Positions 50,246 through 62,354 of a stretch of DNA of 64,000 bases are shown piece by piece. The stretch covers positions 932,726-996,725 of the forward strand of contig MU004198.1 in NCBI GenBank assembly GCA_010093605.1. Reading direction: 5' to 3'. This DNA comes from Lophium mytilinum. Taxonomy: Eukaryota. The first letter of the stretch is position 1. Every line of letters starts with the position of its first letter. The translations under genes and the position numbers were made by a program. The notes under the pieces were generated by a model. It was not told where the DNA came from, did not search any database, and saw only the letters and a list, made by a program, of their open reading frames with translations.

Positions 50246-50566
50246 ATAGTTCTATATAGTCTCTTTCTTATCTTATTACTTCTACCTATATCTATTTCTA
50301 CGTACTAAATTAATACATTATGCGTTCTAAAAGGGATTAATAAAGATATTAAAACTGTAATAATAAATGCTTTTATAATAGTAGATGCGGCTATTAGATA
50401 TCTAGATACTATTACCTATACCCTAGAGACTATAGACTTAATTAAATAGCTATTTATTATAAAGAGAGGTTAAAATCCCCGCAATAAAAATAGAATATAG
50501 AAGGTCTAAGATATACTTTAGAGTATTAGAAATAATTATAGAAATAAAGTTAATATAAGTACTTAT
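50246..50566 (+). pseudogene. Inverted, RIP-mutated first exon of the metalloprotease gene
   Basis: ATA (from ATG) at 50246 opens (M)VLYSLFLILLLLPISISTY*INTLC...NAFIIVDAAI...TIDLIK*LF. This reads as a signal peptide plus N-terminus whose stops are all TAA/TAG, as expected from C>T. ATAAGT (possible GTAAGT donor) lies at 50555, just before the TSD. Confidence 0.7.
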
Positions 50567-51039
50567 TATAATAGGTTATCTCTTCTATACTCTTTAAGTG
50601 CTTATATAAGGCTAAGTATAGTTTAAGTCTTTATAGGGGTGCAATATTATTTAGAATAGAAGGTAAATTAATCTTAGGCATAAGATAGGGTTACTTATTA
50701 GTAGATATAAGTTACTAATATTAAGTTAAATATAAGGTTTCTATCTATAAGAATAAGTATACTTAAATAAGAAAGATAACTTCTAAGAAATCTATAGATT
50801 ATATAGATTATTCTAATTCCCTTAATCTAGATTCTCTTAGATTATTATAATCCCCCTAATCTATTATATAACCTTCTATTCTATAACCTTATAGCTAGGT
50901 AGAGAAATCTAGCACGCTAAGGCGTTAGATTCTTATACCTCTAGGTCCTGTATATAGATTATGCGTAACTAATTTAATCTACTTACTTACTTTCTTAAAT
51001 ATCTTAGTAATTAAATCCTTAGTATTATAGGTTATAATA
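50567..51039 (-). repeat. 3' LTR of copy B
   Basis: Reverse complement of the 473-bp LTR. Confidence 0.92.
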
Positions 51040-51156
51040 CTTACTTCTCTCTTTAAGGCTTTTAGCCTAAAAGTTACTCTATAGTAGGGTCTTAGATAAA
51101 TAGCTAGTAATTCTCTAACTACTTAGATATTATTATACCCTTCTATTTCTTCTACT

Positions 51157-51700
51157 ATATCTAATAAGGTTAAATAACACTTTATACTTAGTGCCTATAT
51201 TACTCTCTCTAGTATCCCTATAGTTTTTTATTTCTTCTACCGGGAGTAGTTCTTAGACTATAAGGTGCTTTTCTTAGCCTTAGATTACTATAAGAAGTAT
51301 ATCTATTATAGGTATATAAAATATAACGCTAGTAGAGTTACTATAGTAGATTATAGGTAGCTTTCCTTTTTAATTATCTTTTAGCTTACTTCTTCTAGTT
51401 GCCTATATTAATTAGACTTGCGCAAAGCTTTATACTAAGAAGTCCGCTACTTATAAAGCTATAAGAGTAGTAATTATAAAGATAGAGTATCTAGAGAAGT
51501 AAAAGGATTTACTTAAGTATTATAAAGTAGATATACTTTAACGCGGCTTCTATACTCTTAAGAAGTTAGAAGAGAAGAATTATAAAGAGGCTAAGTAGAG
51601 AGAATAAGAGTATATTAAAAGGGAAGCCCTATCTTTTATTAGTGCGTCTATCTCTATTAAGTTGCCTAGTTTAATAGATTCTACCTAGTTAGCTAATATA
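51157..51700 (+). pseudogene. Antisense Zn(II)2Cys6-like/coiled-coil ORF inside copy B, RIP-inactivated
   Basis: TAY codons (from TGY) spaced x2-x6-x9-x2-x7 at 51229-51324. Intron-like 51353-51398, then a coiled-coil segment reconstructing to MLRRGFCTLEELEEE. The 3' end is approximate. Confidence 0.65.
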
Positions 51701-54700
51701 ATATTACTATTATTCTAGGTTATTCTAGATTCTAGTAATAGAACTATATTACTATCTAGTAGTACTTTTTAAGGTAGCTTTCTAGTTTCTATATATTTTC
51801 TAAGGTATTATATTCTTTCTACTTAATTAGGTACTCTATTTACTAACCCTATATTCTTAAGTCTAGAATCTTATTAACCTTATATTTATTATTATTATTA
51901 ACCTTAATATTATTCTCTAGCTTAGTATTCTAGGGTGCTAGTTCTAATAATAAGACGTAAAATACTAGATATATCTTTATTTTAGGTAGTAGCCTAAGCT
52001 TATAGTTTACTAGGCTAATAATATCTTAGATTTTAAATGGTCTAATCTTAATATAGTTAAGTTTCCCGCTTAGTTATTTTATTTTAATATTTTTTTAGAG
52101 TAGGTATACTCTATCCCCTCTCTTAAAAGTAGGAGTAATATACCTATATTAGTTATAATACTATACTAACCTTTATACTAGAAATTAGATATCTATTAAT
52201 AGCTATTTCTATAGTTCTCTAATATTTTTAATAGAAAGTAATACCCTCTAGGCCCTTATATTACTAGTTTATAGTTCTTAATATGCCTCTAGCTTAAAAC
52301 TATAGTTTATATAGAAGGGTAATACCTTTATTATCTCTATAGATGCGCTATTATAAGTAAACTAGGCTATTAGTAATAGTAATACCTAATTATTCTATTT
52401 ATAATTAATATAGTATTATAGGTATTATTCTAAAGTCTAATTAAGTCTTTCTATCTATCTATCTATTTACGGGTAGAATACTATAGAGAGCTTATACTTT
52501 ATTCCTAGTTATATAATAAGGGTCTACTAGAATTTTAATATAAAGAGCTTATCTTAGTCTAAAATAACTTCTATAGATAGCCTATAATTACTAACAACTA
52601 CTTATAGAAATATATAGGCTAGATCCTCTACTATTAATAATTTCTAATAAGGTATAAAGTATATATATTTAGTTAATCTATCTATAATTACTAGTATAGT
52701 ATTATACTTTATACCTATTATAGGTTCTATAGACTATAGTAACTTAACTATAAAGTTCTATACTATAGATTTCTATACTTTCTTAGATATTAGTAGACTT
52801 TTTAGTAGTCTATATAGTATATATTATACTAACTTATTTTTTATATATTTATATTCTGCGATAATTCTTTCTACTACTTAGTATATGCCTAGAAAGTAGA
52901 AGGTTCTAGATAGTTATTTAACTATTTTATTAATTTCTTAGTACCTATATACTAGTGCGCTATAGAAGTCTCTTATAAGCTTATCTTATAGAGTTATAGG
53001 TATAAGTACTTATTCTTAGAATAGTAGTAGCCCTATCTATTTTTAAGTATCTTAGGTTTCTTATAATTATTAACTCGCTGGGTCCTTAGCTTACTCTTCC
53101 TTAATTTTTTTTTCCTATTTCTTATCTTTAGCTTAGTATACTACCGCTAGCTATATATAGTTAAATTTAAGAGTTCTAGAACTAATTTCCTATAGTATTA
53201 TTAGTACTTAACTGCGGTTTTTTACTATATAGTCTAGCCTTCTACTTAGTGCGTCTATATAGATATTCTTAGATTCTTTTTAATATATAATCTTAAAGTT
53301 AAAAGATTCTAGTTTCTCTAACTATCTAACCTATTATTAGTTTAACTTCTTAGTTATTATAAAGTAGATTAAATTCTTATAATCTATATATACCTATACT
53401 ATATATAAGGCTTCTTTAAGGTAAACTCTCTATTATTTAAATGCTTCTACTATAGCTAGCAGTTCCTTATTATAGATATTATAGTTTAGCTTAGCTAGGC
53501 TTAGCTTTCTAGAATAGAACGCTATAGGGTGTATCTTCCCTTATTTATCTAGCTAGTTAAGTATAGCTTCTAATACTTTATCTAATATATTACTTTTAAT
53601 AGTTATTAGTTTTTATAGATTAAAGATTACTAATACTAGTCTTAAAGTAAACTATACTTTTAAGTTATTAAATATAATCTAGGCGCCTAGGTCCTATTAG
53701 TACTCTATATTCTTTCTTATAAGTTTAGTAAGTAGTTCCGCAATCTTTAAGTAGCCCTTAATAAACTATTAATAGTAGTTTACTAAACCTAGAAAGAACT
53801 ATAACTTCTTTAAGTTCTTAGGTTCTAGCTATTCTATAATAGATATAACTTTAGCTTCTTCTATCTTAATCTTACCTAGACTAATAATATATTCTAGAAA
53901 TCTAACTCTTTATATATAGAACTTGCATTTCTCTAGCTTAACTATAAGATTATATTTCTTAAGTTTCTCTAGTACTTTCTTAACATACTCTTTATACTCT
54001 TCTTTATTCTCTAAATAGATTAGAATATTATTAAGATATGCTACTATAAACTAGTCTAGGTAACTCTATAAAGCTATATTTACTACTACTTAGAATATAG
54101 CTAGCGCGTTTATAAGACTAAATAGTATAACTATATACTTAAAGTGTCTATATTAGGTTCTAAAGGCTATTTTCTATTCTTCTTCTTTCTTTATTCTTAT
54201 AAGGTAGTAACCCTTTTAAAGGTCTAGCTTTATAAAGTATTTTACCTTATATAAATAATTCTTTAGCTTTAAGATTAAGGGTAAGAGATAATAGTTTTTA
54301 ATAGTAATACTATTAAGCTATCTATAATCTATATAGAGGCATATTTTACTATCTTTCTTTAAAATAAATATTACTAGGTAACCTATAGATAATTTAGATA
54401 GTTAAATAAATTCTTACTTTAGGTTCTTATCTAGGTATTTCTTAAGTGTCGCTAGCTTATTCTAGGATAATAAATAGATTAGTCTAAACTTAGGTTATTT
54501 ACCTAGTTCTAAGGGTATCTAGTAATTCTAAGGTTAGTACTTTAGTAATATATTCTAAACCTTTTTCTAGAAGATTCCTCTAAATTCTTTATATACTCTT
54601 AGCATGTCTAGTACTCTAGCTATTTTAGCTAGCTACTAGTTATTAGAATTTATAGGTTAGTACTAGAATTAGCCTATTATTTATTCTTTTCTTTAGGCTC

Positions 54701-57349
54701 TCTATACGCCTCTTAAAGATATTATATTAATCTCTAGTTTTTACTTAGGCTTATTCTAGCGCAGGGTGCCTTTTAGTCCGCTTTCTAGTTAAAATTATAT
54801 TTTACTAGATTTCTAATTAACTTAGGGGTTATACTATCTTAGCTAAGGTATTTCTAAGATTATATTATATCTTACTATACTTATAATATCTATACTAATA
54901 GTTTTCTTATATTCTTTAATCTATATAATTTTTAGTTAAGTTTCTATAGTTACGCGTTTACTACTATACTTTACTAGGCTTCTATCTACTAATTATAATC
55001 TATAGGGTTTATCTTTTAATTACTATAAAATCTAGTTTTCTTTAATAAAGGTATAGAATATATAGTTCTCTTAAGCGCTACTATTTAGTAGTACCCTTAT
55101 AGGTCTTCTACTAATTATTACTCTAATAATTATATGTTAGTTATTAGAAATAAGTAAGAAGTTAGACTTTATTACCGGGTTCTTCTTTCTCTTTACTTAC
55201 TTTAGTTCTATTTCTACTATAGCAGTAATAGTTGCTAATAACTCTCTATAGGTTATTTCTAAGAACTAGTTATTTAGCTACTCTAGCTATTCTTTAGCTT
55301 AAGCGCCTACTTATTTTTTAACTATTTATAAGGCTAATAGTTTATATATTTCTTTTTATAATATATAAGGTAAGAGTTCTAGTAGTAGATTCTCTAGTCT
55401 TATTCTTTTCTATAGTCTATAGGGTACTATAGGTCTAGTATAAATATTACTATTTTTATTTCTTTATCCTTATTTTCTATAATATAGTGTTTAGCCTCTC
55501 TTACTAATACTAGGTAGGTAATAATATAGAATCTTATTTAGTATAGATACTACTTATAGCTCTTCTTATAGAATAGGTACTTTTAATACTAGTTCTCTAT
55601 ATAAGATAGCTAGAATATCTATTTATAAAGTAGATAGTTATAGTCTAGTCTAGAGTCTTTCTATTTATATATTTCTTTTTCCTTTATAGGTTATATACTT
55701 CTATAGATTTAGATACTAGTACTATATCTATATAGTTCTAGTAGTTCTCTAGCAGGTGCTAGGCTAAATTCTCTATTGCTAGTCTATTCTAAATTTTCTT
55801 ATTTCTCCTTACTAGAGGGTTCTTACTCTAGATTAAAGGTTCTAGGTATATAATAGTTGCTTATAACTATTCTAAGTAGAGCTTATTCTCTATTAGTTTA
55901 GTATAGTAGAAAATATATCTATATAACTTTATTAATCTCTTACTATATATTTAGAGACTCTAGTTTAGTATTATTATCTACTTTTAAGCTTAGAAGTTCC
56001 CTATTAGCCTTTAGCCCCTATTTAAGTAGTATACTAATTATCTAGAATAATTCTTCTATCTTTAATAGGTAGTTAACTTCTATTTCTTTATATTCTATAT
56101 TAGCGTAGTAGTTATTACTAGGGTTATTCTTATTAATATACTCCTTATTAGTTATTATAGCTATTATATATATTCTCTTAGGTGCACGCAGGTAGTAGCC
56201 TAATTTCTATTTATTAGATTAGTATATAAAGTAGTTATTATTATAGTACGCGGTCTATAATATAGCTCTATAACTAACTTTAGGCGTCTTTATTATAACT
56301 ACTACTATTTAGTTATTATTATTCTTAGGGCACTTATTTATAAAGTATTCTAACTCTCCGCATTATAGGCACGCGCCCTTCTTGCATTATTTCTATTTTT
56401 CTTTATCTAATAGCGGTTAGTACCTATATTTCTTATATTATTTACTATAGTCTAGTTCTATAGGTTCTCTAGAGTAGTAAGTAATTATTTCTCTCTTATA
56501 TATAGATATATAGAGTTATAGGCTCTTATAGTCTATCTTTTCTATATATCTCTTATATTATTAATTATTAATATAGATAGCTATTTCCTAGAGTCTATAG
56601 ACTATTACTAGTCTATTACTTCTAGAGATTTTATTCTTAATATTCTCTTTAAGGCCTCTATAGTATTATACTACTAGAGCTTTATTTCCCTAGTCTAGCT
56701 TTAATAATATCTATATAAATTCTAAAGTATAGTAGCTAGCTAAGCTATACTATTTTAGGTTTTTAATTTATTATTCTATAGTTTAGATTTTATTAATGTC
56801 TCTAAAGATAGTTTAGAGCGCTATTTTAAAATTTTAATAGTTACTAAATATATTATTAGTTTCTATTACCCTTTCTACTAGGTTAGTAGTATAGAGCTAG
56901 TCTATAAGTACTAGATTAAACTAGTTAAATACTTCTTTCTTAAGAAAGATTACTACTATATAGACCTTATCTAACTTAAATATAAGATTATTACTATTAT
57001 TAAGTAGGTATAGCTTTATCTATATTAAGAAGGCTTATAGTATTCCTCTATTACTTAAGAACTTCTTAAGTTTCTTTATCTTATATTCTCTATAGCTACT
57101 AGTTATCTTACTAGTTATAACCTCTTCTTAAATGGCCTAGAGGTAGCCCTAGAGAGCTAGAATTTTCTTATCCTTAGTCTTATTCTAGAGTTCTAGCTAT
57201 TAGACTTAGTTAAGTAGCATCTATATTTATTCTACTATATTAGCTATTATTAGTATAGAGCCTTAGATAGTACTTTTCTAAGAGGTCTATAGTAGTACTA
57301 TCTTAATTAGGTATTTATATATAATCCTCTAATATAGTAGTATTTAAAG

Positions 57350-57822
57350 TATAATAGGTTATTTCTTCTATACTCTTTAAGTACTTATATAAGGCTAAGT
57401 ATAGTTTAAGTCTTTATAGGGGTGCAATATTATTTAGAATAGAAGGTAAATTAATCTTAGGTATAAAATAGAGTTACTTATTAGTAGGTATAAGTTACTA
57501 ATATTAAGTTAAATATAAGGTTTCTATCTATAAGAATAAGTATACTTAAATAAGAAAGATAACTTCTAAGAAATCTATAGATTATATAGATTATTCTAAT
57601 CCCCTTAATCTAGATTCTTTTAAATTATTATAATCCCTCTAATCTATTATATAACCTTCTATTCTATAACCTTATAGCTAGGTAGGGGAATCTAGTATAC
57701 TAAGGCGTTAAATTCTTATACCCCTAGGTCCTGTATATAGATTATGCGTAACTAATCTAATCTACTTACTTACTTTCTTAAATACCTTAGTAATTAAGTC
57801 CTTAGTGTTATAGGTTGTAACA
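57350..57822 (-). repeat. 5' LTR of copy B
   Basis: Reverse complement of the 473-bp LTR. Ends TGTAACA on the plus strand at 57822. Confidence 0.92.
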
Positions 57823-58563
57823 TTACAGCGTGTATGCCTTAGTGTAGCGCCCTCTAAGTCCAACAACGTTTCATTAACTTCTTGGAAATGGGGCGAATTT
57901 GCGGCGAGGATGCGGTGCTCAATCCTTTCGAACAAATGCTACGTAGAAATAGCGGCGTGGTTACCGCGCGGTTGCAGCGTGCAGCTAACTTGCGAGCTAT
58001 GACAGGGCCAAATCTAAGTCACGAGGGCATCATAGGGACTTCCACGAGTACCCCAAGTGGCGCGATTGCCTTGAATTCGAACGATCTATGTAGAACGTCT
58101 TCAGCCTCGTAGATATATACACTGTTAGTGTCCAGAAAGGTAGCCGCTTCGGATAAGAAAGGGAATAGATGCGGGCGATGGACCAGATCAGAGAATGTGA
58201 TCGAGTGCACGTGAGAGATCTGTAGTTCCCGCCCCATACGTCCGAGCCGAAGCCCCCTGGAGTCGGCGGCTCTATAAGGAGCGTACTGCGCGCGAATCGA
58301 GATGCTATCTTGTTTGAAACAATGGCACAGTCGGTCAGGGCTGTGAACTCGGCAACATTCAACATAGCCACAAGTACTCGCGGGAATCATCCTAAGGCAT
58401 TGAAGTTTGTTTCAGGTTACGCCGCCCCCTGAGGAAATCCTCGATCGTCGTGCCGTGGGCCTGCAGCTGGAAGACTTTCATTGAAGAACCCCGCAAGGTA
58501 TCTAGTCATGTTATCGCCCGGCCATCTATTCCAACATCTTCAAAGTACACTTTTGTATGCACA

Positions 58564-60695
58564 ATGATTCAATCAAGTACATTATCTCTTCTATCTCTTC
58601 TCGGGGGAATCTCTGCCCTGATTGTTCATTCTGAATCTATCACTACAACTCCTACGGATCCCACTCTTGAACGACGACAAGACCCTCCACCAACCGATGT
58701 CGCCGGTGCTCCCAATGCCGCGTCCATTCCTACACTTACTCTTGGTCCTGAGGATCAGTACGCTGCAAAAACAGTAGATAGCCTGCCATTACCTCGTTAT
58801 ACGGTCGCTAATGGTATTAGGTAGATTATCCTGAGCCCACAGGCGACAAGCTCCAGATCTATCCTACCGGCTTATATGATGACTTCCCCAAAGACGGTAT
58901 CACCATATCGTTCGGGCCAGAGCTTCATGTAAAAATCAAGGATACAATGGACAATAAGTGCAAAGGAAGTTTCCAAGATTGCCAAAGTGCTCTGATCCCC
59001 CTTCTTTACAATACGGATGTTGGGACGGTCGTCAAGCGGTTTGCTCCAGCAACGTATTATGCAAGTGTATTGGTCGCATCGATCAGTTGGGTGATTCAAC
59101 GTCTATGGAACAAGGAACAGCCTCAGCATGTCAAGTTCCCGTACACCGATTTGCACCAGATGCAGGACCTCGGACCAGTAGAGACGATTGCTATCCAGCA
59201 GGAGGATGCAGATCCCACCACTATCGCAATGCCGGCATCCCCAACACCAACGCCGACTAAGACGTAAGTGAGAAGCTGTCTCTACCATTCAGTTCCATCG
59301 TAGAACGTCTTTCGTTTCAGCTGACGAGTGTTAACGTGCATGAATAGCGAGTTCATAACCATCGAAACATTGACCGCGGATTCCGGCGAACGCAAAGCTG
59401 GAGACATCGTGTACCATGTCCCGGTAGACACCGCCAATCGAATGAAAGACCTTTTGGGTATACTAGGTCTCGATATCGTCCAGAAAAGCTGTAAAGACCA
59501 GGACCTGAATAAGCCAGTGAAGAGTCGCATTCGGGCCGATGTATTGGAGGAATGTGTGCGAAATATAGAACGGTTAGTGGATGCAGTTGCAGAAGCCGCT
59601 CCTCGGGAGCTTGTTCGCGTGGCGGCCGAGAACATCCCCGCGCAGCCTGCACCAGATCAGCTGGTTGGACTGCCAATTCGTCATCTCGTACTTAACAATA
59701 GGCTTGTCATAGTTCGCATAGCGCATGTCGACCAAGTTGCTGAGTGGGCTCGTCTCGTAGCTCTTGTAGCTGTTCTCAATATCGTGGCTGAATGGGCGTT
59801 TCAACCGCAAGCCCACATGGAAAATGACATTTGGATCCCTGATTCGGCGCTCGAGAAAAGTTTGAAGTGGAAAGACGTGCTGTGTCCCAAGGACATACTT
59901 TGTGTCGATGACGAATGCAAGGGCCAAAAAGAGGAACAGGACATGATAGAGTGGAGCCCCATCTGTCAATCGGTGAGTAACTAAGCATTCATACGTGTGG
60001 TCTTTGATATCCGCACAATTACCTCAACGATCCACCAGCGGTTCTGTCAGACTAAGCTAAAGCCAATTGGGAAGACTCCAATAGTCGACAATGGTTGCTA
60101 ACGCGAGTGAAAAGGATGAGAATAGAGGTTGCAGGTGTGAGCCAATAACTTGGATTTACCAGACCGAAGTCGCGCGGGATTACATGGACACGCAGTATGC
60201 GTGGTTAGAAGAGCTCCTCGCACGGGCCGATACGCCGGAATTCAAGCCAAAGTGCGACGGCGACTTTCAGGAATCCCAAGTGGGCGTAGATCTATTTTCG
60301 ACGTAGGTTTCCCATGCTTTTTTCTTGTCTTGGCCATTCGCTGACTTGTTTTAGTGAGATCAAGCAGCTATGCAAGGACCACACAAAGCTCCAAGACGGA
60401 CTTAATGTCAAAGGCCCAAATGACGAAAATTATTGGACCGCGGATGATTCTGCTCAAGGTTTCACGTGGTCAATAACATGGGAGAACACTAAAGACACAT
60501 GCGAATTCGAATGCGAGGAAGTGTTCCTTGCGTTCAAGAATGACAAAGATTGTACGTACTCGTAGTGTTCTAACAGAGTCAGTGTCTTTACTAATGTTGG
60601 CTCTCTCAGGTGTCAAAGATAACGGCCTCATGAAGAATGGAAAGATTGAGACTGACTGTGGGACTGCTTCGTACAGTGCGTACAAGCTAAGCTAG
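58564..60695 (+). CDS. Secreted Cys-rich multi-exon hypothetical protein
   Basis: Signal peptide and LERRQ Kex2-like site. In-phase canonical introns at 59264-59347, 59973-60114, 60303-60354 and 60552-60609. Ends GKIETDCGTASYSAYKLS*. The first intron (acceptor 58820) has an ambiguous donor. Confidence 0.75.
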
Positions 60696-60861
60696 TGGAT
60701 TAGATGGTGTTTGTACTCGATGATGAGCATCAGTTTCATGAATTCTGAGAGAGAAGGATCTATTATATAAATATAGAGCTAGCAATGTATTAGAAAACGG
60801 TATTCGCTTCCTTGTGCGTGGGATCGTAAACGATCTTCTTGAACGCCCACTATATGTGATC

Positions 60862-61157
60862 GAGCGAGGCAAGGACTTAGTGGTGTTGTATTCTTTACAG
60901 CGTTTGATTGTGGTATAGATGGTGCGCGCGTTGCGGCCAAATTCCGCCGCCCATTCCTTATTGGAAACACAGGCCTGGTGATTTACAATAATGGATGTGC
61001 GCTGTTGAGATAAAAGCTCGCCATTCCCTCTTGCATTCCCATTAACTAGATAACCAAAAGAGCGTGTCATTGTAGTGCAGTGCCAAGGTGAATAGGGCGC
61101 GTTCCTACGCGGTGGGGTGCGCACGGTTCATCGGATCAGACTTAAAATTAAGTACTG
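60862..61157 (-). mobile_element. Truncated Tc1/mariner transposon 5' end (transposase N-terminal HTH fragment)
   Basis: ATG 61070 MTRSFGYLVNGNARGNGELLSQQRTSII...EWAAEFGRNARTIYTTIKR...KSLPRS resembles fungal Tc1 transposase N-termini. A TA|CAGT terminus lies at 61159-61154. No DDE domain or second TIR seen. Confidence 0.65.
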
Positions 61158-61627
61158 TACAACCATTGACGCCAGATATATATGTACAGAACGCTTTCAA
61201 TTACGTAGGGGAATATAATCACTGGATAAAAATCTCGCTTGTGGTCAGCCCGATGTCTCACGGAACAAGGAGCAGCAAGTAGCAGGCAATAACTAATCGA
61301 AAGAGAGGGCAACTAAAATTGATGCAGCGAGCGTGTCCACAAGCAAAGGCTAGTATGAGGCAAACTAAGAAGAAAGTTGACCCGGTTCACGCTATTGAGT
61401 ATATGTCCCATCTGGCCGGGTTCTAGGGCGAGAACAACCGCATGAATTGATGATCCGAGGCCAATACCTCGAACATATGCCGCGATGTAAAGGAGGGCCA
61501 GAGTCGCGCTGCTGCCAGAAGAGGTAAGACGTATAGACTCCCGAGCATGAGTGTTATGTCGAGTGTAAAGCTTGCATTCGACAGAACGTTGCGGCGTTGC
61601 CCAGCGTGGAGCTTAGGTACCTGCCTG

Positions 61628-62146
61628 CAGCGTGGTTACTAAACCGGCGGCCGGCTCAACTAGGTAGTAGTTTAATTGGGTTGTTATATATAGAATAAAG
61701 ATTAATAGATTAGATTAATTAGATTTTTAGATTAAACTGTTTAAACTATATTATTACGACAGCGCTTAGCCTATATAAGTAAGATGTAACATTAGCGGGT
61801 TAGCGCGCCCTAATAATAGGTACCCAGCCTTATTTACCACGGCCCTGGCCCCCCTTTAGTACAACACTATAACAAGATAGGCTAAAATAGATAATAAGAG
61901 TTAACTACTAGAGGTTAAATTACATCTAACGCAAATTTTTAGGTCTTCTACGCCTCTAGATTCTTACTACTATGGTACTCTTACGTTGCACCCACTAATT
62001 TATCAACTACTAATTAAACCAATCGGATTAATCTACGCTTGAAATTTCATTAGCTATAAGATTGATCCAATTGGACTAAGTATAAGTGATATTGATAAAC
62101 CGTCTGTCAATCCGATTAAGGATTGGCCGGTTTACTAACCACGCTG
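61628..62146. mobile_element. Non-autonomous hAT-type element (MITE), 519 bp, RIP-like AT-rich interior
   Basis: 21-bp TIR CAGCGTGGTTA(C/G)TAAACCGGC at 61628-61648 and 62126-62146 (20/21 match). Perfect 8-bp TSD CCTGCCTG at 61620-61627 and 62147-62154. Confidence 0.9.
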
Positions 62147-62354
62147 CCTGCCTGGCAGCGCGGTGTCATAAGAAAACTCAAGATGAAGAGTCCTTTGAGA
62201 TGTGATACATCTTCGCTAGATGGTGCAGCGATTGAGTTGTTTTGGGGGTCGGGCTGAGGCGTAGAGCTTAACTCTCGAGGGTCATGTTTCTCACGGCCAG
62301 TCATCTCTTTTCGATCCACCACCTTTCCGAATCTTTCTCATCCTAGGATCTCAT

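Larger units (their letters stand above)
50567..57822 (-). mobile_element. Full-length Ty3/Gypsy chromovirus LTR retrotransposon, heavily RIP-mutated (copy B, inverted, 7256 bp)
   Basis: Reverse complement of copy A (position sums are 100442 at both ends), with independent transition mutations. The outer end retains the ancestral TGTTACAACC start at 57822. Confidence 0.95.

Noticed and set aside
42620..57822. Centromere, Starship or assembly-duplication interpretation of the AT-rich block
   Set aside because: It is fully explained by two LTR elements. The arms differ at many transition sites, so they are not a copied contig. No tyrosine-recombinase (DUF3435) captain is visible.
57882..58390. 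Short overlapping ORFs right of copy B
   Set aside because: No recognisable domain. The region is more likely the promoter of the 58564 gene.
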